Assembly (NCBI GenBank): GCA_034530875.2
Contig: JAVRCJ020000021.1
Coordinates: 32,001 to 96,000 of the forward strand
Origin: Nostoc sp. DedSLP01
GTDB taxonomy: Bacteria > Cyanobacteriota > Cyanobacteriia > Cyanobacteriales > Nostocaceae
DNA length: 64,000 nt
Direction: 5' to 3'
In this document: positions 11,102 through 20,989 of the stretch, in pieces
How positions within the stretch are numbered: the stretch's first letter is position 1
Layout of the letters: each line of letters starts with the position of its first letter
The notes under the pieces: model-generated
Told to the model about the DNA's origin: nothing
Databases searched by the model: none
Seen by the model: the letters and a program-made list of their open reading frames with translations, nothing else
Translations under genes and position numbers: made by a program

Positions 11102-14100
11102 TTAGCCGCCTACTTTTGGATTGGCGATTAAGGTGACTCGTCCTTGTGAGCCGTAGGCAACTTCGCCGATATAAAGATTGGGGTCGTGGAGTTCGGCGAT
11201 AATGTGGTTTGCTGACTGTTCGGGGTCAATTTTGGGGCTGAGGTCGATCGCCCGTGTAAAGACTTTTGGCCATTCCCATCTCAGGGTTTTGGTTAATCCG
11301 AATAAACCAGCGCCGATCGCTCCAAACTTAACTTTGTAATCTAAACCGAAAGCACCATCTAAATGAGCGACTGTGCAAAAACAACTACGTCCATGTTGTG
11401 CGGCTTCGGTGAGGGAGGGTTTCAGGTGTTTCGCCATCAAGAATACGTGCTTGACGATCGCCTTTTCCTGTTCGATGTAGGGAATTGTTCCGCTGTTATT
11501 GACTGCGAAAACGGGATGTAGATGGATGAAAGCCCCAACCTTACCGCAGTGAGTAGCGATCGCTTGTAGTTGTTGTTGCAGATGTTCTTCGCTCAAGTTT
11601 GCCAAGGTGACGCGGGTTACTCCTGCGGGTAAGGGCGATTGTTGGGGAATCAAGGATTGCGGAAAACTGATAACTACTACTTTTGAGCCTTGGGCGATTA
11701 GGGATTCAGTTAATTTGGAAGTAGTGAGGGAACCATCATCGGTAATTAAAGTGATGTGTCCCTCTGGTAACGTGAAATCCAAGTAATCTGGTTTTGGTAG
11801 GCTTCTGAGTTTGGCGGGATAGCGTTGGATACTAGACTCTAATTCCGGTGGCTGCTGGACAAACTCAGACTCATACTTTTTTTTTTCACCTCCAGCTAGC
11901 TGCTGTAGGTAATCAACTATTTGACCGATGGTGCGGAGTTCTCCCAGTTCCTCTATATTCGGTTTGGGTAAGTTGGGGTACATTTCCTGCATCGCCCCTA
12001 AGATTTCTACCCGTTTGATGGAGTCAATCCCTAAATCGGCTTCCATGTCCATTTCTAGTTCCAGCATTTCCACCGGGTAGCCAGTTTTATCACTGGTGAT
12101 GGCTAGTAGGGTTTGGGCTAAATCTGGAAATTCATTAGTTGCGGCTGCGGGTTCTGCTTCTGGTTGCGGAGTGAATGCAACAACTACGCTGACTTCTGGT
12201 GTAACTTCTGCTGGAGTCTCAACTACTTGTTGTACTTCCGGTGCTGGAGTTTCTACTGGTTGTTGTACTTCGTGAATTACAACTTCTACAGAAACGCTTT
12301 TAGAAGCAAAGGATTGCAGATATTCTACAACTTGACCGATGGTACGCTTTTCTGCCAGTTCTTCTAAGTTGGGCTTGGGTAGATTGGGATACATTTCTTG
12401 TAACGCTCCCAAGATTTCCACCCGTTTGATGGAGTCAATCCCTAAGTCTGCTTCCATGTCCATATCCATTTCCAGCATTTCTACCGGGTAGCCAGTCTTA
12501 TCGCTGGTGATGGCTAGGAGGTTTTTATCCAAGTCAACAATATCAATGGTTGCATTGGGGACTGGGGATTGGGGACTGGGGATTGGGGACTGGGGACTGG
12601 GGACTGGGGACTGGGGAGTTTCAACTACAGCCTCTACTATTTGGGGAGTGGGAAGTACGGGGGTTTCGACTACAGGCTGTACTATTTGGGGGAGTACTGG
12701 AGTTTCAACTACAGGCTGCACTAGTTGAGGCAGTACCGGAGTTTCGATTACAGGCTCTACTACCTTGGGAGCAGGGAGGGGTGCTTGGGTGTGTGTTGAG
12801 CCGTTGCCGTTTTTCGCTACTGGCTCAGTTACGGGTGAGGGTAAAGCTTCTACTATTTTGGTAGTAGGAGGTACTGGTGCTTCTTCGGTGACAGTTGTTT
12901 GTGTGGTGAAGGGGATGAAATGATGTGCTGCACCGTTGCTGAGTTTCTCTGTGAGTTGAGTCGCTCCATCTTCTGAGATGATTTGAGAATACTCTTGCTG
13001 TATGAGTTGGAAAAAGTTTTTTGTATATTCCAGTTGCTCTTTAAGATATTGCTCGTGGATGCGTAGGGTTTCACCTTGTTGGGAGTGAAACTGCATCATG
13101 CTGCGTTCCAAGCTTTCCATGACAACTTGTTTCAGCTTGGTGGTTTCGGCTGTAGATTTACTTTCACTCAACAGTGCATTTTGTTGCTGCATCAGTTGGA
13201 AAAACGCTTTGGCGTATTCCATTTGATGGTTGAGATAAGCTCCGTGAACTTGTAAATTCTCAGATTGATTTTGCTGAAACTGTGTCAGGAGATATTCTAA
13301 ACTTTCTAAAAGTTGTTGGTAATTTGTCAGTTTTTCGGGTGTTGGTTGCATCTTAGATTCCTGGGCTGGTTGACTTAAAAGGGTCACAGGACTCATTTGC
13401 TGCTCTGGTTGGGTAGCGATATGAGAAGTCACACCGTTCATTGATGGGGTAGCGATAGGGGGTGTTTTTTTATGTCCGTTAGTCTCTGTGGTTGGCAGAG
13501 TTCGAGCCACATCTAGGCTGGTAAATAAAGGAGCCGCAGTTTCAGAAGGGATGGGCTGATTTGGTTTCGCTGAATTTTCAGATGAAACAGCAGGTAATGT
13601 AACTTTGTGTCCGTTTTGCAAAGCTTGGGCGAAGGCGTTTTTGGTTTTTTCGGATCTGTAGTTGATGCCGTTTAAACGTACATTTATAGCCTTCTTCTGC
13701 TCAATTGCAGGTATGGTTTGGGGAACTTGGTAGGGGTCGAGGTTACTCAAAGCCATACCGATTACCCGCAACTGTACAACTGCTTCCCGCAAGGAACGAT
13801 CGCTATTTTTCTGAGTACTAGGGTTCAAAGCTACGGTAAGATGCGGGCGATCGCCAAGAATTTCTTTTACTAAGTTGGTCAAAATTCTCCTCGGCCCGAA
13901 TTCCACGAAGCAAGTACCACCTGCTGCATAGATGCTTTCAATTTCCTGCTTAAACAGCACGGAATTAGAAAGGTGCGTTTCGAGGATTTTTTGAATCGCT
14001 TGCGGTTCTTTGGGATACTGTTTGCTGGTAACGTTGCTGTAAACCGGGATTTTGGGACTTTGGAATTTAACAGACTTGGTAGCGATCGCAAATGATTTTT

Positions 14101-16639
14101 GAGCAAAGGCAATCAACGGTGTGTGGAATGCTGCCGATACGGGCAACAATACAGCCGTATATCCTTTGTCTTGTAAAGCCTGACGGACTTTGGCGATTTC
14201 TGCGGTGGGCCCGGCCAAGACATATTGATTTGGCGAATTTTGATTGGCGATCGCAACTTGGGGAAAATATTTCAGTACTGCTTCCACTTTGCTGATGTCT
14301 TCTTTGACAGCCAGCATACTACCTGCATCGTGGTCTGGGTCTTCCGGTGCCGCCATTGCTTGACCCCTAGCTTTCACCAAGAACAAGTAATCTTCGGTAG
14401 TCAAAACTCCCGCAGCCCACAATGCTGTGATTTCTCCAAAGCTGTGACCGGCAACAAAATCGGATCTAAATCCAGCTTGTTGCAGTATGGTGTACATCCC
14501 TGCACTCAACACCCCGATGGCTGGTTGAGCGTATTCTGTGCGTTGTAGGGCGGCAATTTGGGCATTTTTCTCTGCCTCTTCAAACACAGGATGGGGAAAA
14601 ACGATTTCTGATAGCGGCTGCAAGTTATCTTTGAGCAACAGGCTATCCATATAGCCATGCAAACGCTGCATGACTGGGAAATTCATCGCTAATTCCCGTC
14701 CCATTTCCAAGTATTGAGAACCTTGGCCGGAAAACAAAGCGACGACTTTTCCACCCAATTCCATACCAGAAGCCCGGTAATAAATCCCTTGGGGATGTTC
14801 CCAAGATGCTGCTGACCCTTTGTTTTTCAGCCAGTCAATGCTAACTTGCAGTAATTTGCAAGCTTCTTCGAGGTTCTGTGCCACAAATCCGAATCTGGCA
14901 GCAGCAAGGGGAATCTCTAGAGTTTTGCACTCATTGACTAATTTTGCATAATGTGCATTCGCTTCTGGCGATACTCCTCCGGAGTCACTTCGTGAACGCA
15001 ATTTAGCTAAAAGGTCTTCAGATTTAGCCAGCAATTGGGACGGCGTAGCAGCAAACACCAGCACTTCATTAGCGCCACCGTGTAAGCGGTAGCCGTGGTT
15101 TTGGTCAGCTTGATATTCTTCTAAAACGACGTGATAGTTAGTACCGCCAAAGCCGAAGGAACTTACACCTGCGCGTCTTGGCGCTTCGCCTTCAGCACGA
15201 ATCCAAGGTCTAGTTTCGGTATTCAAATAAAAGGCGGAATTTTTAATATTAAGTTTGGGGTTCGGCTCAGTAATATTAATTGTCGGCGGTAATACTTTGT
15301 GATGTAGCGCCAAAGCCGTTTTAATCAAACTCGCCGCACCCGCAGCCGCTTTGGTGTGTCCGATTTGAGATTTCACGCTACCCAAAGCAATATGCTGCTT
15401 TTTCGAGTCATGCAGAGCAAAAAAGTCCTGCAAAGAACCGAATTCTGTCGGGTCTCCAGCCATTGTGCCGGTGCCATGTGCTTCCATCAAACCAATGGTA
15501 GCGGGAGAAAAACCTGCATCTTCGTAAGCACGTTCTAAGGCTTTGACTTGGCCTTCCTTGCGGGGAGCATAAATACTCTTGTAGCGTCCATCGCTGGAGG
15601 TACCAATGCCTTTAATAACTGCATAGATTTTATCGCCATCCCTTTGTGCATCTTCCAGACGCTTGAGAACAATCATGCAGATACCTTCACCCAGCATCAT
15701 CCCATCGGATTTAGCATCGAAAGGTTTGACATTTTCACCAGGAGAAACGGCTGGTGTTTTGCTGAAAGATATGTAAGCCATGATGGTGTTATCGGTGTCA
15801 ACGCCACCAGTCAGCATTATGTCAGAACGATATTCGACTAGTTCGCTAATTGCCAGTTTTAAAGCACCGAAGGAACTAGCACAAGCGGCATCAACTACAC
15901 AGTTCATCCCGCCAAAGTTGAGACGATTGGCAATTCTACCCGCGACTACGTTAGCCAGCATTCCGGGGAAAGCGTTTTCGTCCCATTTCACATAAGCACT
16001 TTTGATTTTTTCGACGATTTTTTGTGTATCTTCGTCAGATAAACCGCTACTTTTGAGCGCCTTTTCCCAAATAGGATATTCTAACCTGGCAGAAAGCGGC
16101 ATTCCTAACTGCTTGGCCATAGCTACGCCTAAAATTACCCCAACCATTTCGCGGTTGAATTCGCGTTGTTCGCCATAGCCAGCATCTTCCATCGCTTCTT
16201 TTGCAACTACTAAACTTAATAGTTGCGATACATCTGTAACCTCTAAAATGCTGGGTGGAATGCCGAATTCCATCGGGTTAAAATCTACCTCTGGAATAAA
16301 TCCGCCTCTTTTACAATAAGTTTTATCTTCAGGGGTTCTGGGATTTGGATCGTAATAATCTTCGACGCTCCAGTGGGTGGAAGGGACATCAGTAATACAA
16401 TCAATTTTATTTACTATATTTTGCCAATATTCCCGTAAATTTCTGGCTTGAGGTAATAGAGAAGCCATGCCAACAATGGCGATAGGATTGTGTTGTAATT
16501 GTCTGTTAAGTTTGTTGATTGACACTGGTTTTCCTGAACTCATCTTTTTTTCCTCTATAGACCTAATCACAGCCTTTTCGCAATTATTAATCAGGCTCTC
16601 TAACTCTGCTAAGGCAGTATCAATTGAATGAGCAGACAT
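11102..16639 (-). CDS. hglE: HglE, PfaA-like iterative PKS: KS-AT-ACP-ACP plus a C-terminal KR structural (HglF-like) region
   Basis: DAACASS, HGTGT, GHSFG, HTP motifs; two DLGIDSIKRVEI ACPs. Confidence 0.93.
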   Translation of the reverse strand: MSAHSIDTALAELESLINNCEKAVIRSIEEKKMSSGKPVSINKLNRQLQHNPIAIVGMASLLPQARNLREYWQNIVNKIDCITDVPSTHWSVEDYYDPNPRTPEDKTYCKRGGFIPEVDFNPMEFGIPPSILEVTDVSQLLSLVVAKEAMEDAGYGEQREFNREMVGVILGVAMAKQLGMPLSARLEYPIWEKALKSSGLSDEDTQKIVEKIKSAYVKWDENAFPGMLANVVAGRIANRLNFGGMNCVVDAACASSFGALKLAISELVEYRSDIMLTGGVDTDNTIMAYISFSKTPAVSPGENVKPFDAKSDGMMLGEGICMIVLKRLEDAQRDGDKIYAVIKGIGTSSDGRYKSIYAPRKEGQVKALERAYEDAGFSPATIGLMEAHGTGTMAGDPTEFGSLQDFFALHDSKKQHIALGSVKSQIGHTKAAAGAASLIKTALALHHKVLPPTINITEPNPKLNIKNSAFYLNTETRPWIRAEGEAPRRAGVSSFGFGGTNYHVVLEEYQADQNHGYRLHGGANEVLVFAATPSQLLAKSEDLLAKLRSRSDSGGVSPEANAHYAKLVNECKTLEIPLAAARFGFVAQNLEEACKLLQVSIDWLKNKGSAASWEHPQGIYYRASGMELGGKVVALFSGQGSQYLEMGRELAMNFPVMQRLHGYMDSLLLKDNLQPLSEIVFPHPVFEEAEKNAQIAALQRTEYAQPAIGVLSAGMYTILQQAGFRSDFVAGHSFGEITALWAAGVLTTEDYLFLVKARGQAMAAPEDPDHDAGSMLAVKEDISKVEAVLKYFPQVAIANQNSPNQYVLAGPTAEIAKVRQALQDKGYTAVLLPVSAAFHTPLIAFAQKSFAIATKSVKFQSPKIPVYSNVTSKQYPKEPQAIQKILETHLSNSVLFKQEIESIYAAGGTCFVEFGPRRILTNLVKEILGDRPHLTVALNPSTQKNSDRSLREAVVQLRVIGMALSNLDPYQVPQTIPAIEQKKAINVRLNGINYRSEKTKNAFAQALQNGHKVTLPAVSSENSAKPNQPIPSETAAPLFTSLDVARTLPTTETNGHKKTPPIATPSMNGVTSHIATQPEQQMSPVTLLSQPAQESKMQPTPEKLTNYQQLLESLEYLLTQFQQNQSENLQVHGAYLNHQMEYAKAFFQLMQQQNALLSESKSTAETTKLKQVVMESLERSMMQFHSQQGETLRIHEQYLKEQLEYTKNFFQLIQQEYSQIISEDGATQLTEKLSNGAAHHFIPFTTQTTVTEEAPVPPTTKIVEALPSPVTEPVAKNGNGSTHTQAPLPAPKVVEPVIETPVLPQLVQPVVETPVLPQIVQPVVETPVLPTPQIVEAVVETPQSPVPSPQSPIPSPQSPVPNATIDIVDLDKNLLAITSDKTGYPVEMLEMDMDMEADLGIDSIKRVEILGALQEMYPNLPKPNLEELAEKRTIGQVVEYLQSFASKSVSVEVVIHEVQQPVETPAPEVQQVVETPAEVTPEVSVVVAFTPQPEAEPAAATNEFPDLAQTLLAITSDKTGYPVEMLELEMDMEADLGIDSIKRVEILGAMQEMYPNLPKPNIEELGELRTIGQIVDYLQQLAGGEKKKYESEFVQQPPELESSIQRYPAKLRSLPKPDYLDFTLPEGHITLITDDGSLTTSKLTESLIAQGSKVVVISFPQSLIPQQSPLPAGVTRVTLANLSEEHLQQQLQAIATHCGKVGAFIHLHPVFAVNNSGTIPYIEQEKAIVKHVFLMAKHLKPSLTEAAQHGRSCFCTVAHLDGAFGLDYKVKFGAIGAGLFGLTKTLRWEWPKVFTRAIDLSPKIDPEQSANHIIAELHDPNLYIGEVAYGSQGRVTLIANPKVGG
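12556..12618. repeat. STRR heptamer array (TGGGGAC/T) x9 inside hglE
   Basis: Nine 7-bp units = 63 bp, in frame, encoding PQSPVPSPQSPIPSPQSPVP. Confidence 0.9.
14968..14999. mobile_element. 24-nt small dispersed repeat inserted into a HIP1 site within hglE
   Basis: GCGAT + ACTCCTCCGGAGTCACTTCGTGAA + CGC; removing the insert restores GCGATCGC and keeps the frame. Confidence 0.75.
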
Positions 16640-18037
16640 AGGGCATAGTGAGTACTGTGGATTGCGTAGATACAGTAATTTCTGTTGCCTACTAATTAAT
16701 GAAAATCTCTTGTCTTGTCAGCAATTAGCGATATTAATCTGCACTAATTACTTTTCTCCCAATCAACACCACACGACATACTGCCCTAATAAAGCCTTAG
16801 GTTTACAGGCAATTTTGGCTCACAGCATCGTGTAAAAATGTTATGCAACGCTTGGTTCTTGAAATTGTGGCGATCGCTCAACCAATTTGGTGTCTTTTAG
16901 ATTTGCAATTTGAGATTTGTTTTACCTACAAAAATTCGGTCAAAATGCAAAATGCCAATGATAGTTAATACTCTAAACAAGGGTATCCTGCTGAACAGTA
17001 GAAATTGAAGAGTAGCTAAGAGAACAGAAACGCTGTTGTTGACCGCAATAGTTTGATTATCAGTCCTAAACGTCATAATGTAGCTGGTATTAATGACAAC
17101 GTTCTGTCTCTTAATAAATGTCATAGCCAGTTTCAACGTCCAGGATAATACATTTTATGGGATTCGACCGAGAAAAGTTGATAAGTTGGTTACAGAAAAC
17201 ATCACCTTTTATCCGAATTTATGCAATGTAAAAAAGTAATAAAACATTCAGAAGGTGATTACCAAGCAGTTAGATTTAGTTATTTCTACGTTCAAAAACT
17301 TAATTAAATAACTAATTTACCTCACAGCTTTTTAGCATTGAATTAATAAAGACAATAACATACTTTATAGAAACTAAATGATTGCTTTAAACTTTTTTTA
17401 TAAACAAGTAGATTCTTGTTAATATATATTTTGTCTAAAATTACCTGTTTGAGTATCATTCCTAACTATAAAATCTTTAGCCAACAGAATTACCTTAGGT
17501 TTCAATGGCAGTTGCCTCTAAAAGTAGCAGTATCAATTTTTTATTTAATAGTTGAAAAATACATAGATACATTGATAAACAAGAAAGTTGTAAGTATTTT
17601 ATTCAGGAAAATATCATAATTTAACTCATGTTTTTCATGGTTTATTAATATAAATGTAAATAAAAAACGAAATAGTTATCTATAAAGCAATTGTTAATTT
17701 TCAATATGTTGATAGCAAACATAATTTAATACCCTGATTGTTGCCAATTAAGAGGTTTTTATGAAAAAGAAGAATAATGTTTTACGTTACACAGCATTAA
17801 GAATAAGAATTTGCTAAAATTTTTAGAGAGCAGCCATCATTTAACATTCTCAAAAATTCAATTGCGAACTAACTGCAAAAAATATAATAACGAACAAATT
17901 AAAATTAATCGCTAGTTAAACAGTTGACAAATTAGAAATTTATATTCATACTTAATAGCAAGGCTATTCAAGTTTTTTTGAGTTGATTTTTCGCGCTTCA
18001 TTTTTGTTGATAGTTAAGTTTTCTGGTTAGCGCTATT

Positions 18038-18079
18038 GTATTTTACGTTACTAGATTCGAGGGCAAATGGCGATATAAC
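18038..18079 (+). promoter_or_regulatory. Candidate NtcA-activated promoter for hgdB
   Basis: GTA TTTTACGT TAC (18038-18051), 22 nt, then TATAAC (18074-18079). Confidence 0.45.
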
Positions 18080-18430
18080 TAAAGAAGCTTTCAAGTAACG
18101 CTACCATAAGAATCCAGAAGTTCAGAATTCAGAATAGACTACGCCCCGCTGTGCTAAAAAAATTCAGAAATCAGAGTTCGCACAGACTCTTAGCGGTAGT
18201 TTCCGCCATTGGTGCAGTTCACCCCAAGCATCAGAAGTTTGGAGAGTAAAAAAGTTAAAGCATCAGGAAAATATTTGATTAATCAATATACCAACGATAC
18301 TAAACTCCTTCTTAATTTAGAATTCTGACTCCTGAATTCAGAATTCTAAATTCTGAGTTCTGAATTCTTAGCCGTTATCGATTAAATATAGCCATTTCAG
18401 CTATCCCCTATTAAGAATTGGAATGAAAAT

Positions 18431-19639
18431 ATGGCAGTAAATAAAGAAAGCCGATTATTTACAAAACCCGTTGTCCGATCGCGAGTAATTTTAGCAGCTT
18501 CTATCACTTTAGCGGCTGGATTGATAAGTTTATACAGTTTTGCAACGTTTTGGCCGAAAACTAAAGTTGAGACACCAGCAGCGAATCCTCCAAAAGCAAC
18601 TACCCCGACAAAAATTGCTGTCACAGCCTTAGGACGTTTGCAGCCAGACGGTGAAGTGACTTCCTTAAATGCTCCCAATGCTAATAATGGCGTGCGAGTT
18701 GAAAAACTCTTAATCAAGGAAGGAGAGACAGTTAGGGCTGGTCAAGTATTAGCGTATCTAGAAACTTACGGCCGCGCTAAAACTGCTTTGCAGCAAGCTG
18801 TAGACCAACTGCAAGTTAGCAGAGCTAAACTAGCACAGGTAAAATCTGGGGCCAAAACTGGAGACATCGACGCGCAAAAAGCAGCGATCGCGAGTTTAGA
18901 GTCACAATATAAAGGAGACATTGCTACCCAAGAAGCAACAATTGCCCGCGTCCAGGCTCAGGTAGATAACGCTCAAGCTGAGAACGATCGCTATCAGCAA
19001 TTATATAAACAAGGTGCGATCGCAGCTTCCGTAGCAGACAGCAAAGCATTGCAACTCAAAACCACACAACAGCAACTCACAGAAGCCCAAGCCGCCAAAC
19101 AACGTACCGAAGATACATACCAAGAACAACTCAAGCAAGCACAAGCCCAACTCAAGAGTATTAGCGAAGTGCGTAGCGTAGACGTTCAAGTTGCACAAAC
19201 TGAAATCAACAGTGCAACCACTTCCGTTCAACAAGCAAAAGCAGACTTGGATTTGAGTTACATAAAATCTCCCATCAATGGCAAAATCTTGAAAATTCAC
19301 GCCAAAACCGGAGAAGTCATCAGCACCACCACAGGATTTGCTGAGATAGGTAAAACATCGCAAATGAATGTAATTGCAGAGGTGTATCAAACCGACGTTC
19401 AAAAAGTGCGCGTCGGACAAAAAGCCACCATCACCAGCCCTGCATTTATTGGAACATTAAAAGGAACCGTCAAAGAAATTGGCTGGCAAGTTGACAAACA
19501 AAGTATTTTCAGCCTCAACCCAGGCTCAGACACAGACCGCAGAATAGTTGAAGTCAAAATCTCCATCGATAACCCCGCAGACAGCGAAAGAGTAGCGCGT
19601 TTAACCAACTTACAAGTAGATGTTGCCATACAGATTTAG
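18431..19639 (+). CDS. hgdB: DevB-family membrane fusion protein of the glycolipid exporter
   Basis: N-terminal TM, VTALGRLQP, coiled coil, RIVEVKI...LTNLQV C-terminus; divergent from hglE. Confidence 0.88.
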   Translation: MAVNKESRLFTKPVVRSRVILAASITLAAGLISLYSFATFWPKTKVETPAANPPKATTPTKIAVTALGRLQPDGEVTSLNAPNANNGVRVEKLLIKEGETVRAGQVLAYLETYGRAKTALQQAVDQLQVSRAKLAQVKSGAKTGDIDAQKAAIASLESQYKGDIATQEATIARVQAQVDNAQAENDRYQQLYKQGAIAASVADSKALQLKTTQQQLTEAQAAKQRTEDTYQEQLKQAQAQLKSISEVRSVDVQVAQTEINSATTSVQQAKADLDLSYIKSPINGKILKIHAKTGEVISTTTGFAEIGKTSQMNVIAEVYQTDVQKVRVGQKATITSPAFIGTLKGTVKEIGWQVDKQSIFSLNPGSDTDRRIVEVKISIDNPADSERVARLTNLQVDVAIQI

Positions 19640-19716
19640 TCTAGAGCATTGGGCACTCCTAAATCTTGTACAGACGCGATTCATCGCGTCTCTAATGATT
19701 AACAACAAATAAATTT

Positions 19717-20895
19717 ATGAATTTTAAAATTCCTTTAGCATGGCTACAGCTAGCCCAGCAAAAAGTTCGTTTAATAGTAGCTGTAGCCGGGATTGCTTTT
19801 ATTGTGCTGCTGATGTTTGTGCAACTTGGTTTTCAAGATGCTCTTTATTCTAGTGCAACCGCAGTACATCAAAATCTCAAAGGAGATTTATTTTTAGTGA
19901 GTTCGCAATATAAATCTTTGACATCAACTCAAAGCTTTTCGCGGACTCGTTTGTATCAAGCTTTAGGGTTTAATGGCGTAGAGTCAGTAAGCCCCATGTA
20001 TTTGCAATTTGCCAAACTCAAAAATCCGGTAACTGGCGAGAAATATTCAATATATGTTATTGGATTCGATCCAGGCAGACCCGTCATGAACATCGCAGAA
20101 ATCGAGCAAAATATAGATAAGCTCAAAATTCCCGATGTCATGCTTTTTGACAGAAGGTCGCGCACAGAATTTGGCCCAATTGCCGAAAAATTTGATGCCG
20201 GAAATACAGAGCAGACAATCGAAATCTTTCCCTATAATTCCTTAATTGGCTATAAAGTCAGGATTGGTGGCTTATTTAGTTTAGGGCCTTCCTTTGGGGT
20301 AGATGGCAACTTAGTTGTTAGTGACTCAACTTTCCTGAGGATAAACCCTAATACTCGTCCAGCCGATATGATAGATGTCGGTTTGATAACCCTCAAGCCT
20401 GGCGCTGACGCACAAACAGTACTAAAAGATTTGCAAGCAAGTTTGCCAAATGACGTGCAGATTTTTACACGCCAAGGCTTTATTGATTTCGAGAAAAAAT
20501 ATTGGTCTGTCAGAACGCCTATCGGTTTTATACTTAACCTGATGTTGACAATGGCTTCTGTCGTTGGTGTCGTAATTGTCTATCAAATTCTTTACAGCAA
20601 CATTGCTACACAGTTCGTTGCTTATGCCACATTAAAAGCCATAGGTTATGCCAATAGATATCTGTTGAATGTGGTATTTCAACAAGCCTTAATCTTAGCA
20701 ATTCTAGGTTATATTCCAGGCTTTCTAACTTCTGTATTGTTATACGATTTTGCAATGGAAGCAACTAAATTGCCAATAGTTATGACCACCAACAATGCAA
20801 TACTCGTCTTAACATCAGCAGTTTTAATGTGCATAACTTCCGGAGGACTCGCCATCAACAAACTCCGTTCCGCAGACCCAGGAGATATTTTCTAA
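19717..20895 (+). CDS. hgdC: DevC-family ABC transporter permease
   Basis: IPLAWLQL, FVQLGFQDAL, YATLKAIGY, KLRSADPGDIF. Confidence 0.9.
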   Translation: MNFKIPLAWLQLAQQKVRLIVAVAGIAFIVLLMFVQLGFQDALYSSATAVHQNLKGDLFLVSSQYKSLTSTQSFSRTRLYQALGFNGVESVSPMYLQFAKLKNPVTGEKYSIYVIGFDPGRPVMNIAEIEQNIDKLKIPDVMLFDRRSRTEFGPIAEKFDAGNTEQTIEIFPYNSLIGYKVRIGGLFSLGPSFGVDGNLVVSDSTFLRINPNTRPADMIDVGLITLKPGADAQTVLKDLQASLPNDVQIFTRQGFIDFEKKYWSVRTPIGFILNLMLTMASVVGVVIVYQILYSNIATQFVAYATLKAIGYANRYLLNVVFQQALILAILGYIPGFLTSVLLYDFAMEATKLPIVMTTNNAILVLTSAVLMCITSGGLAINKLRSADPGDIF

Positions 20896-20989
20896 ACCCC
20901 CCTCTTCTTCTCTCTGCGCCTCCGCGCCTCTGCGTGTTAGCAAACCGGGGCGTAGCCCGATAAAACCAAAATCTCTATATCTTCCCCCC

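Noticed and set aside
12507..12864. Plus-strand ORFs with WGLGTGD repeats
   Set aside because: Antisense shadows of the STRR array within hglE.
1003..16639. Novel PKS or PUFA (pfa) cluster
   Set aside because: Gene order, terminal reductase, and linked DevB/DevC and HglT match the known heterocyst glycolipid island.
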